Assembly: GCA_049644325.1 (NCBI GenBank)
Contig: JBARRR010000103.1
Span: forward strand, 1 to 62,625
Direction: 5' to 3'
Source: Candidatus Dormiibacterota bacterium
GTDB lineage: Bacteria > Chloroflexota > Dormibacteria > DASZGP01
Length of the DNA: 62,625 bases
Below, piece after piece: positions 45,132-53,911 of the stretch (its first letter is position 1; every line of letters starts with the position of its first letter). The notes beneath the pieces were generated by a model that was not told the DNA's origin, made no database searches, and worked only from the letters and a program-made list of their open reading frames with translations. Position numbers and translations under genes: made by a program.

Positions 45132-46373
45132 ATGCCCGAAAGAGTCGTAGCCTACGCCGCCAGCCCCACCCGCCTGGTGCGCGTGGTGGGTGAGCAGAAC
45201 GCCCTGGGCAACCAGGTGATGGCCGCCTTCCTCAACCCCCACACCGCGCACGGCTTCCTCACGCGCAATCCGTACCCGGTTGTAGGCGACCCGCTTGACG
45301 GCTTCGAGGTTGCGCCGGCGGCCGGCCCGGTGGCGGAGCCGCTGGCGGCGCCTGGCTTCCCTGCCCCCGAGCAAACCGCGGTCTACGCTCCCGAGGTGGT
45401 GGCAGACGCGGCCGCGACCGACCCCGCGGCCCCGGTCGAGACCCCCGGGTTTGCGCCAGCGGCGGCGCCCGCCTTCACGCCCCCGCCCCCCTCGGCTGCC
45501 CCGCCGCCGATGATGCCGGTGGGCGCCGTCCAGGCGGTCACGCCCCGGGCGACCGGCGGACCGGGACAGGTGTTCGCGGTCTACAGTCCGCGTGGCGGAT
45601 CCGGCACCAGCCTGCTGGCGGCCACAATGGCGTCGCGGATTGCCCAGGACCCGGCGCTCCGCGTCCTCCTGGTCGACCTCGACCTCCAGAATGGCAGCCA
45701 GTCCTACTTCTTCGACGTAACCGAGCAGAAGCGCTGCAGCGTGCTCGGACTCAAGCCGCTGATCGACGAGATCCTGGTCAAGGTCGACGGTGACCTCACC
45801 CGGGTGGTGGCCGAGGCGCCCTCGGTGATCTCCGACGAGATCCTGATGGCCAAGACGTTCGACCGGGACAACCTGCACGTCCTGGTGGCCCTCGACGACC
45901 CGGCGGCGATCGACGACTACGTCGACCCCAGTTCCCACATGGAGGCGCTGATGTCGGTGCTGGGCAACAGCTTCGACGTTGTCGTGCTCGACCTGCCCAA
46001 CACCGTCGACCAGTTCACGGCCCCGGCGCTGTTCCGGTCCGACCGCATCGTTGTCGTCACCCCGGACGACATCCCCAGCCAGATCAAGGTGGCCCGCATG
46101 CTCAACCTGGTGCTGGCGCCGATGATCGAGGCCCGTGAGATGGCGCTCCAGGAGCGGTGCTTCCTGGTCGTCAACCGAAGCAGCAAGAAGAAGCTCGAGG
46201 TGCCGATGCCGATCGGGATCGCGGCCTCGCTGCCCGACGACAAGAAGTTCGTTGAGAGCTTCGCCGAGAAGCACCAGCCGTTCGCCAAGTCGAGCAGCTC
46301 CAACTACCCCAAGGCGGTGGCGCAGCTGGCCACCTTCCTGGGTGCGGGGCCGGCGGGCCAGGGCAAGAAGTAG
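45132..46373 (+). CDS. TadZ/CpaE-like ParA/MinD-family pilus-localisation protein with a degenerate Walker A
   Basis: The ATPase-fold half starts VFAVYSPRGGSGTSLLAATMA...LLVDLDLQNGS. Both Walker A lysines are missing (RGGSGTS in place of KGGxGKT). The N-terminal ~150 aa are Pro/Ala-rich. Strong RBS GAGGAGGAG, 10 nt after the kinase stop. Confidence 0.75.
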   Translation: MPERVVAYAASPTRLVRVVGEQNALGNQVMAAFLNPHTAHGFLTRNPYPVVGDPLDGFEVAPAAGPVAEPLAAPGFPAPEQTAVYAPEVVADAAATDPAAPVETPGFAPAAAPAFTPPPPSAAPPPMMPVGAVQAVTPRATGGPGQVFAVYSPRGGSGTSLLAATMASRIAQDPALRVLLVDLDLQNGSQSYFFDVTEQKRCSVLGLKPLIDEILVKVDGDLTRVVAEAPSVISDEILMAKTFDRDNLHVLVALDDPAAIDDYVDPSSHMEALMSVLGNSFDVVVLDLPNTVDQFTAPALFRSDRIVVVTPDDIPSQIKVARMLNLVLAPMIEAREMALQERCFLVVNRSSKKKLEVPMPIGIAASLPDDKKFVESFAEKHQPFAKSSSSNYPKAVAQLATFLGAGPAGQGKK

Positions 46374-46443
46374 CCGGGGTACCGACGGACGACGGCGTAT
46401 CCTAAGGGCCACCAACCGGCCCTGCAAGCGTGAGGAAGTACTG

Positions 46444-47766
46444 ATGGGAGTCAATCGATATATTCGCCGGCCCGGAGCCGAGGCGCCGGCCGCCGCGCCG
46501 GCGAAGCCGCGTGCGGCCGCCGCCCCGCGTGACCTGACCCCAATCAAGGCCGAGATCCGCCGCCGTGTCCTCGACGAGCAGCTCGCCGATCCCCAGTTCG
46601 CCGAGCTGGTCAAGACCAAGCCGGAGCGAGCCAAGCGGGAGCTCTCGGAAGTTGTCATGCGCCTGATGGACGAGTACGCCCTGGGCGTCGAGGATCGCAA
46701 GACCGTCGTAGGCTACATCACCGACAACATCTTCGGCTTCGGCCCACTCGAGGACCTGCTCCGCGACGAGACGATCACCGAGATCATCGTCAGCGGGCCC
46801 AAGCGGGTGTTCATCGAGCAGAAGGGCAAGCTCCGCCCCACCAACATCGTCTTCGAGGACAACTCCCACCTCGACCAGATCGTGCAGGTCATCCTGCGAC
46901 CCCTGAACCGGCCGGCCAACGAGTCCAACCCATTGGTCAACGGCCGCCTGCCTGACGGCAGCCGCGTCAACGTGGTCATGCCGCCGCTGGCCATCGACGG
47001 GATCTCGGTCAATATCCGAAAGTTCAGCAAGGACAAGCTGGGCGTCACCCAGCTGGTGGAGATGGGCGCCCTGACCCAGGACCTCGCCGACTGGTGCAGC
47101 CGCGCCGTCGAGGGTCGCATGAACGTGCTGGTCTCGGGCGGCACCGGCTCCGGGAAGACGACGCTCTTGAACATCCTCTCCAGCTTCATCCCCGACGACC
47201 AGCACGTGATCACGATCGAGGACGCCGCCGAGCTGCAGCTGCGCCACCCGTTCATCAAGCGGCTTGAGGCGCGGCCGGCCAACCTTTCGGGCCAGGGGGA
47301 GGTCAGCATCCGCGACCTGGTCAAGAACGCGCTGCGCATGCGGCCCGACCGGATCGTCGTCGGCGAGTGTCGAGGCGAGGAGGCCTTCGACATGATGACG
47401 GCGATGAACACCGGCCACGACGGCTCCCTCTCGACCATCCACGCCAACAGCCCCTATGACACCATCAGCCGCCTGGAGACAATGGTGCTGATGGCGAAGG
47501 AGCTGCCGATACCCGCCATCCGCAAGCAGATCGCCAGCGCCATCAACCTGATCGTGCAGACATCGCGCCTCAGCGACGGCACACGCAAGGTCATCGAGGT
47601 GGCCGAGATCACAGGCATCGACGACCGTGGGGAGGTCATGCTGGACACCATCTTCCAGTTCAAGCGCACGGGCCAGAACGCCGAGGGGAAGTTCGTTGGA
47701 GAGTTCACCCGGGTCAAGGACCCGGCGGACTGCGAGGAGAAGATTCGACTGGAACTGGGGCACTGA
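46444..47766 (+). CDS. CpaF/TadA-family type IV pilus (Tad) secretion ATPase
   Basis: Walker A VSGGTGSGKTTLLN, Asp box ITIEDAAEL, Walker B RIVVGECRGEEA and His box GHDGSLSTIHAN. I trimmed the start to the ATG at 46444. Confidence 0.92.
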   Translation: MGVNRYIRRPGAEAPAAAPAKPRAAAAPRDLTPIKAEIRRRVLDEQLADPQFAELVKTKPERAKRELSEVVMRLMDEYALGVEDRKTVVGYITDNIFGFGPLEDLLRDETITEIIVSGPKRVFIEQKGKLRPTNIVFEDNSHLDQIVQVILRPLNRPANESNPLVNGRLPDGSRVNVVMPPLAIDGISVNIRKFSKDKLGVTQLVEMGALTQDLADWCSRAVEGRMNVLVSGGTGSGKTTLLNILSSFIPDDQHVITIEDAAELQLRHPFIKRLEARPANLSGQGEVSIRDLVKNALRMRPDRIVVGECRGEEAFDMMTAMNTGHDGSLSTIHANSPYDTISRLETMVLMAKELPIPAIRKQIASAINLIVQTSRLSDGTRKVIEVAEITGIDDRGEVMLDTIFQFKRTGQNAEGKFVGEFTRVKDPADCEEKIRLELGH

Positions 47767-47902
47767 CAGGGTAAGAGTCCAACCGCCTTCGGGCGATATA
47801 TCATGGGCGCCGATCGCCAGCCTGCAAGCGCAAATAAGGGGATAAACGCCAGATGGTAGATGTACGCGGCAGCGCACCGCGACCAGATGGGAGGCTCGAG
47901 AC

Positions 47903-48850
47903 ATGTTGTTGATCATCGGCATGGTGCTGGCGGCGATCGGGTTGATCTACCTGGTCCTCAGCGCGGTGCTTCCCATCATGCAGTCGTCGCGAACCGACCC
48001 GTACACCGCCTACACCGGCGCCGGCCAGGCCGCGGGCGCGGCTCAGCCGGCGGAGTACGTCAGTCCCACCGAGGCCATCCTCGGCGTGGTTTGGCGGGGC
48101 ATGGGCGACAGCAAGTTCAAACGCCGCGTGGCCGTGGGGCCGACGTTCCACTGGGGGACGCTGCTGGACCGGATGCTGGCCGGCGCCCTGCTCGGCGGCG
48201 GGGTGGGGCTGATCATCTTCGCGCAGCCCCTGATCGCGGCGATCGCCCTCGTCGCGGTGCCGGTCATCCTCTACTTCCTGGCAAGTCGCCGGGCCAAGGC
48301 CTACGAGCAGAAGTTCCTGATCCAGCTGCCCAACGCACTTTTGCTGATCTCCAGCGCAATGGCCGCTGGCCGCAACTTCGTCAACGCCCTGGAGGCCACA
48401 ACCCCCAACCTCGCGGATCCAATCAGGAGCGAGCTGATCACCCTCGGCAACCGCATCTCGTCGCTGAGGGTGACCGAGGCCCAGGCCTTCGAGATGTGGG
48501 CGGAGCGGCTACCCTACCCCGAGCTTCACACCATCAGCTCGGCGCTGGCGATCGGCAACCAGGTCGGTCTTGAGACCTTCATGCTCCTGCGCAGCCTGAG
48601 CAGCTCGATCCAGGACGAAATCCGGGGACGCAATGAGCTCGAGGCGCTGACCAGCCAGGTGAAGTCGACCGCCACGGTGGTCTCTTACCTGCCCCTGATC
48701 TTTGTCCTGCTGATCTACCTTATAACCCCCAAGTTTGTGACCCCGCTCTTCACGACGGTGGTGGGCATTATCGTCATCATCATCGCGGTGGGGATGAACT
48801 ACGCCAGCCGGCTTTGGACGCGCCGCATCCTCAAGAGGATTGAGGCATGA
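47903..48850 (+). CDS. TadB-like type II secretion system F-family inner-membrane platform protein
   Basis: T2SS-F domain pattern (LPNALLLISSAMAAGRNFVNALE...) flanked by TM segments. Confidence 0.8.
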   Translation: MLLIIGMVLAAIGLIYLVLSAVLPIMQSSRTDPYTAYTGAGQAAGAAQPAEYVSPTEAILGVVWRGMGDSKFKRRVAVGPTFHWGTLLDRMLAGALLGGGVGLIIFAQPLIAAIALVAVPVILYFLASRRAKAYEQKFLIQLPNALLLISSAMAAGRNFVNALEATTPNLADPIRSELITLGNRISSLRVTEAQAFEMWAERLPYPELHTISSALAIGNQVGLETFMLLRSLSSSIQDEIRGRNELEALTSQVKSTATVVSYLPLIFVLLIYLITPKFVTPLFTTVVGIIVIIIAVGMNYASRLWTRRILKRIEA

Positions 48851-49731
48851 GCGACATCCTGCTGCTGGTCGCCGTCGTCGTCGGGCTGGTCATCGTGGTG
48901 GTGGCGATCCTCGTGATCGGACGGCGCCGCTCGAGGAGTTCGTACAAGGCCGAGGCGGAACTGGTCGACCCCGACAAGAAGGCGGTCCTGCGGCTCAAGG
49001 CACAGGCCAAGAACCTGCCCGCGATTCCGCTCTTTGTCCAGGTCGTCAACCGCAGCGATATCCCCAGGCAGCTGGAGCAGGCGGACGTCGCCCACGAGGT
49101 CACGGTCGAGGATGTCGCCCGCATGAAGCTGCTTCTGATGCTGCTGTTTGGCGTCGCCGGCGCCGTCCTGGGCGGCCTGCTCTTCAACCCCCTGCTGATC
49201 GTCATCTTCGCGGTCACCGGGGCCGTGGTCGGCTTCCTCGGCCCCGACTCGACGATCAAGCAGGCGGCCACCTTGCGCCAGAACAAGCTGAGCCGTGCGC
49301 TTCCGCTCGCGCTCGAGGTCATCGGCCTGGCGGTGGAGCGCACCTCGATCGATGCCGGCATCGCCTACTACTGCCAGTTCTTCTCCGGCGAGGTCCTGGC
49401 CCAGGAGCTGGGGTACGCCAACCAGCGCGTGGTCCAGCTCAAGGAGCGACTGGACGTCGCCATGAGCGAGCTGCTGCGCAAGAACCGCAACGACGACCTC
49501 TCGTTCCTGGTGGCCGCCGTGGGCCAGGCCACCCAGGTCGGCGGCCGCGACCTCAAGGCGATGCTGCAGGGCCAGTCGACCGAGCTGCGCATCAAGCGGG
49601 AGCAGGAGGTCAAGGCGCGTTCACTGCGGGCGCCAGTGCTCATGACCTTCCCGACGATGCTCAACATGATGGCGCTGCTGGTGATCCTCGGCAGCCTGGC
49701 ATTCCTCCAGATCGGCGCCTCAAGCAGGTAG
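48847..49731 (+). CDS. TadC-like type II secretion system F-family platform protein
   Basis: T2SS-F domain (LPLALEVIGLAVERTSIDAGI...) with N- and C-terminal TM segments. 4-nt overlap with tadB. Confidence 0.8.
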   Translation: MSDILLLVAVVVGLVIVVVAILVIGRRRSRSSYKAEAELVDPDKKAVLRLKAQAKNLPAIPLFVQVVNRSDIPRQLEQADVAHEVTVEDVARMKLLLMLLFGVAGAVLGGLLFNPLLIVIFAVTGAVVGFLGPDSTIKQAATLRQNKLSRALPLALEVIGLAVERTSIDAGIAYYCQFFSGEVLAQELGYANQRVVQLKERLDVAMSELLRKNRNDDLSFLVAAVGQATQVGGRDLKAMLQGQSTELRIKREQEVKARSLRAPVLMTFPTMLNMMALLVILGSLAFLQIGASSR

Positions 49732-49738
49732 AACGGGG

Positions 49739-49996
49739 ATGCGGCACCGGCGACGCGTTATGGGATCGTCGATGGCCCAGCGTGGTCAAGCGATGATGGA
49801 GTATTCGCTGATCTCGCTGACCGTAGTGCTGGGGTTCGCCGTCGCCTACTATGCCGGCCTCACCGACGTCTGGACCCGCACCCTCAACGACTCGGTCAAC
49901 AGCTACTACATCACCGTGCCCATCGACTGCACCGACGGGGTCACGCCGTGCGTCCAGCACCTGACTGACATCAACTTCCAGTACCAGCATCGATGA
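49739..49996 (+). CDS. Flp/Fap-type prepilin; long mature part with a Cys pair
   Basis: Flp processing motif G/xxxxEY is present: QRG|QAMMEYSLISLTVVLGF. The start is uncertain (ATGs at 49739, 49760 and 49772). ATGA overlap with the next gene. Confidence 0.6.
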   Translation: MRHRRRVMGSSMAQRGQAMMEYSLISLTVVLGFAVAYYAGLTDVWTRTLNDSVNSYYITVPIDCTDGVTPCVQHLTDINFQYQHR

Positions 49997-50526
49997 GGCG
50001 TCGCCAGCCCAACCAATCGTCTGGACAAGCGATGGTGGAATTCGCCCTGGTCCTTCCGCTGCTCCTGGTCATCATCTTCATCTGCATCGGCACCGCGTTT
50101 CTCTACGCTCTGCGGATCGCCGAACACAAAGCCGCGTACGACGCCGCCCGGTACGTCGCCAAGGTGACGAACGCCAAACTGGATGCGGGCGACATTACCG
50201 GCAAGGCCACCGACACGTACCCCACAGCCCAGGGCGCGGCCCAGGACGTGGTCGATTTCGACTACCAGGGCTCTGGGCCCAACCGCGGTTCCGCGGTGAT
50301 GAAGGCGTTCGGCACCCATCCCCAGGTCACCTCGGTCAAGACCGGGCCTGATGCCGGGGGCCCCGCCGGCTACCACACCGTCGAGTCCGTCGAGGTGACC
50401 ATCACCTACAAGATCCAGAACATACCCGGCTGGGACTACCTTGCCGCCATCTACGGCAGCAGCAGCGTAAACGGCAAGGACCTCACCGAGCAGGGCGTGG
50501 CCGCCCGCGTGGTCAACCAGTACTGA
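49993..50526 (+). CDS. TadE-like pseudopilin / pilus assembly protein
   Basis: TadE N-terminal motif SGQAMVEFALVLPLLLVIIF. Confidence 0.75.
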   Translation: MRRRQPNQSSGQAMVEFALVLPLLLVIIFICIGTAFLYALRIAEHKAAYDAARYVAKVTNAKLDAGDITGKATDTYPTAQGAAQDVVDFDYQGSGPNRGSAVMKAFGTHPQVTSVKTGPDAGGPAGYHTVESVEVTITYKIQNIPGWDYLAAIYGSSSVNGKDLTEQGVAARVVNQY

Positions 50527-52652
50527 TGAGCATCAGGGCCCAGGAGGGCAACGTCACGCTGATCACGGCTCTGACCGCGGGCCTGATGCTGCTCGTGATC
50601 CTGCTCGCCACCGGGATCGCGCAGAACTCCGGGGGCTCGACGCGGATGCAGGCCTCCAGCGATGGCGCTGCGCTGACGGCGGCGTCCGGCTACATCATGG
50701 CGCTCAACGACGACACCCTCTTGGACACGATCCAGTGGGCGGTCGACGCCGTGGGCCACCTCGGCAACGCGCTCGAGATCGCCGGCGCGGCGATCATCGC
50801 CGCGGCGACCGCGGCAGAGGCGTTCAGCTTAGGTTTAGCCTCGGCTGCGGTTGCCATCCTGATCGCGTTTGGAACGACGCTTATCAGCGCCGGGTCCACC
50901 TTAATCAGCATCGGGCAGACGATGTCGAATGTGGTGGACAACTTTGTCACCGTTGCCAAACAGGTGGTGGACATCGCCAAATACGTCTTGGCCATCGCCA
51001 ACTCCACCATCATCGCCAGCAACAACGGCTACCTGGGCTTCATGCTGCCTGCCGCACTGAATGCGGCGGGCGCGTTGAAGTACGACAAGACAGATGCTGA
51101 CAAGATCGTCCGCCACGCCAAGGAGATCACCAGCGACACCGGCACGCCGGCCAGCGACGGTCAGGGCCTATACATCAAGGCCAGCCTCAAGGAGACGCTC
51201 CGGCGGGCGGCCCTGCGCGACCTCTGGACGGGCGGCAAGCAGGGGCAGCAGCGCGGCCACAACACCTTCCAGATCTGGAACTCGCCAACCCCCGGGTGTA
51301 ACCCCGATACCTGGGATACGGTCGGAGCCGACCCCACCAACGTGCAGTTCGACTCCCACGGCGTTCTGCAGCCGGCCAAGGCCATCAAACGGGACTGCAG
51401 CAGCGAGTTCAAGTACCTGGTACAGCTCCTCAACCGTGCCTTCAACGCCCAGATCGCCGACCTCAAAGGGCTGCGGGCCAAGATCAACCTGCCCAACGTT
51501 TTCGACGACAGCCAGGGGTCACTTCAGGACGCCAACTCGGAGATCGACAGCACGATCAGTGACCTACAGAAAATCGTGGGCGGGGCTCCCCAGGGGCCAT
51601 CCCAGGTTGGGATCGGGGCCAATGGACCCCAGAGCGACCTCTTCCCCTCGGTGCCGTCCGGACTGAGCAACCAGGACTGGGCCAACTACGTCTACTCCTA
51701 CTACCACAGCACCGGAAGAGGCCAGGCATGCAAGGGCGCATCAGCGGCAACTTACACGGGCGCCAACGTCCCATTCACGCCCTACGGCGACGGCAGCAAC
51801 GACAAGAACCAGACCTTCTTCGGCTGCCTGACCGCCGAGTCGCAGAACAACCCCGCCAACCCGGGCAGCATCCCGGGCGCGCACAGCCTGGGCGTCACAA
51901 CCACCCAGAACAACCAGAGCAGCACCACCAACTACTGGTGGACCGGGACGCAGAACCGCGACGTGCAGTCGTCGGACGTGGGGTCGCCTCCGGGTCCGGC
52001 AGGGACCCCGTGCTGCTGGGACTTTCGCACCACCGACGACTACGCCAAGAACAAGAGGTTCGTCGGCGACACCGACGGGATGCTCAACTACGTCAAGGAG
52101 GTGCTGCGCTACGGCCACACCACCAAGGGGGGCGAGGCCAGCAACCCGATCACCTTCCTTGCCTTTCAGAAGCTCGATCCGACCTATATGCAGGAGACCA
52201 CGGCGCGGCTGTCTGGGCAGTCGAAGCCACCAAGCCAATACTCAGTGGCCGCCACCATGGTTGACGTCAAGATTGCCGCGGACGACAACGACCGCATCAG
52301 CTTCGCCCAGTTCTGCGGCAAGATCTTCGACGGGGACCCCAACGACGACAGCCTGCTCGGCTTCCTGCCCAACAACGGGGCCGCGTGGTGCACCGCGTTT
52401 GCCAACTTGCTCATCGGCGCCGCCAGCGCCATCAACAGCGCACCCCAGCCGATCAAGGCCCTCCTCGACGCCATCTTCGGGACGCCGCCACCGACCCAGG
52501 TGTACCACGCCGAGATGCACGTGCCCGCCGCGACCACCGAGATCTGCCAGGCACTCAACGTGATCAAAGAAATCCAGCAGGGCACCAGCTCGGTCGACGC
52601 CGTCTGGAAGGAGGTCACCAACCCGCCGCAATCGGTGGCGACCTCTTGCTGA
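50526..52652 (+). CDS. TadG-like N-terminal domain protein with a large unassigned C-terminal region
   Basis: The N-terminus EGNVTLITALTAGLMLLVILLATGIAQNSGGSTRMQASSDGAALTAA fits the Tad/TadG-like N-terminal pattern. Residues ~80-180 are Ala/Ile/Ser-rich and hydrophobic. The remaining ~530 aa are Asn/Gln/Thr/Ser-rich with no motif I recognise. Confidence 0.6.
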   Translation: MSIRAQEGNVTLITALTAGLMLLVILLATGIAQNSGGSTRMQASSDGAALTAASGYIMALNDDTLLDTIQWAVDAVGHLGNALEIAGAAIIAAATAAEAFSLGLASAAVAILIAFGTTLISAGSTLISIGQTMSNVVDNFVTVAKQVVDIAKYVLAIANSTIIASNNGYLGFMLPAALNAAGALKYDKTDADKIVRHAKEITSDTGTPASDGQGLYIKASLKETLRRAALRDLWTGGKQGQQRGHNTFQIWNSPTPGCNPDTWDTVGADPTNVQFDSHGVLQPAKAIKRDCSSEFKYLVQLLNRAFNAQIADLKGLRAKINLPNVFDDSQGSLQDANSEIDSTISDLQKIVGGAPQGPSQVGIGANGPQSDLFPSVPSGLSNQDWANYVYSYYHSTGRGQACKGASAATYTGANVPFTPYGDGSNDKNQTFFGCLTAESQNNPANPGSIPGAHSLGVTTTQNNQSSTTNYWWTGTQNRDVQSSDVGSPPGPAGTPCCWDFRTTDDYAKNKRFVGDTDGMLNYVKEVLRYGHTTKGGEASNPITFLAFQKLDPTYMQETTARLSGQSKPPSQYSVAATMVDVKIAADDNDRISFAQFCGKIFDGDPNDDSLLGFLPNNGAAWCTAFANLLIGAASAINSAPQPIKALLDAIFGTPPPTQVYHAEMHVPAATTEICQALNVIKEIQQGTSSVDAVWKEVTNPPQSVATSC

Positions 52653-53269
52653 TGTACGGCATCCGCCGACGAGCCGGACCGCGGCAACGAGCGCAGGCGA
52701 TGATCGAATTCGCCATCGCGATTCCAGTCCTGGCTCTGCTCCTGATCGGGTCCATCGTGCTCGGAAAGCTGGCCTACCAGGCCGTCATCGTCGGCGAGGC
52801 GGTCGACGAGGCCAGCAAGATCGCGATGGTGGATCGCCTCAGCCCCAGCGGCGGTGGCTCGTTGCAGATGAGCAACGACGACCTCCTCAAGTGGATCCGC
52901 GCCGCCGCCAAGGAAGGTGACCCCACCATGGATTCAGAGTCCATCTGCCCGGATGGGGACTGGAAGTTCCGTCACTCGCCGAGTGACATCTTCTCCGCGA
53001 TCGGCAGCGGCGGCAATTTCTTCGATAACTTCAACAGCCAGAGCAACGCCGTCCCGGGCGGGAACAAGAATGGCGACACCACCATCGACGGAATCGAGCG
53101 CTGGCTCAACCCGGGGCTGCAAACGATGCGGGTTAAATTCAACTTCAAGAGCGGCATCAACGACGCCGTGCTCACTGTCCGCCTCGCCCAGCACGCCACC
53201 AGCTACCAGATGTTCACCGTGCCGTTCAACGGCCCATCCGGCGGCTCGGTAAGCGGCAGCGGCTGCTGA
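52652..53269 (+). CDS. TadE-like pseudopilin / pilus assembly protein (second copy)
   Basis: RAQAMIEFAIAIPVLALLLIGSIVLG. I trimmed the start to the ATG at 52652, a TGATG overlap with the preceding gene. Confidence 0.7.
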   Translation: MYGIRRRAGPRQRAQAMIEFAIAIPVLALLLIGSIVLGKLAYQAVIVGEAVDEASKIAMVDRLSPSGGGSLQMSNDDLLKWIRAAAKEGDPTMDSESICPDGDWKFRHSPSDIFSAIGSGGNFFDNFNSQSNAVPGGNKNGDTTIDGIERWLNPGLQTMRVKFNFKSGINDAVLTVRLAQHATSYQMFTVPFNGPSGGSVSGSGC

Positions 53270-53305
53270 CTCCCGATTGCCCGGGCTCGAGGTCTAGGTC
53301 GAACT

Positions 53306-53824
53306 GTGGCTAGGGCGGCAACGGCGAAGCGACGCCGCGTGGCGCCGGCCGGCAAGAGGCGTCGAAGGCGGGGCCCCCTTGCCGGGCTCTTGGTGGTGGG
53401 GGTGCTTGGCGCCCTGATCGCGATTGGTTACTACTTCTACTCCCGGCCAGCACCGCAGCTGCAAGAGTCGGACCTGGGCAGCATCCAGCAGGCGCTGAGC
53501 CAGGTGCCCGCGCAGGATATTGCAGCACCCGAACTGGGTCTGCCACGACCACCTGGATCGACGCGCTCCTACTTCCACCAGAACGGCAAGGTGATCACGA
53601 CCATTTATGCCAGCCACTCCGGCTTCGAGGAGATCCGTAGCCGGCTCCAGGAACAGCTCCCGGCGTCGGGCTGGCAGAGCCTGGGCAGGTCCGGAACGGC
53701 GCCGGTCCAGGCCGCCCAGAGTTGGTCAGGCGTATTCGGGCAGACAGGGAAGATCCTCCAGGTCTCGGTGATCTCGACCAGCGGCGCGACGTCAACCATC
53801 TATATCCTCGAGAACAGTTCGTAG
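53306..53824 (+). CDS. Membrane-anchored hypothetical protein (Arg-rich N-terminus, one TM, ~120-aa external domain)
   Basis: KRRRVAPAGKRRRRRGP, then LAGLLVVGVLGALIAIGYYF. No family recognised. Co-directional within the Tad locus. Confidence 0.5.
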   Translation: MARAATAKRRRVAPAGKRRRRRGPLAGLLVVGVLGALIAIGYYFYSRPAPQLQESDLGSIQQALSQVPAQDIAAPELGLPRPPGSTRSYFHQNGKVITTIYASHSGFEEIRSRLQEQLPASGWQSLGRSGTAPVQAAQSWSGVFGQTGKILQVSVISTSGATSTIYILENSS

Positions 53825-53911
53825 ATGGTGACTCCCGGCGAACCACTGTGAGATGCTCTGCTCCGCCACAGGGCCACAGCTTGGCGAGCCAACCCACTAG
53901 GAGACTGCTGA

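Noticed and set aside
45102-47922. Minus-strand ORFs of 532 aa (45102..46700) and 506 aa (46402..47922)
   Set aside because: They are antisense to tadZ and cpaF. CpaF carries unmistakable Walker A, Walker B and His-box motifs on the plus strand.
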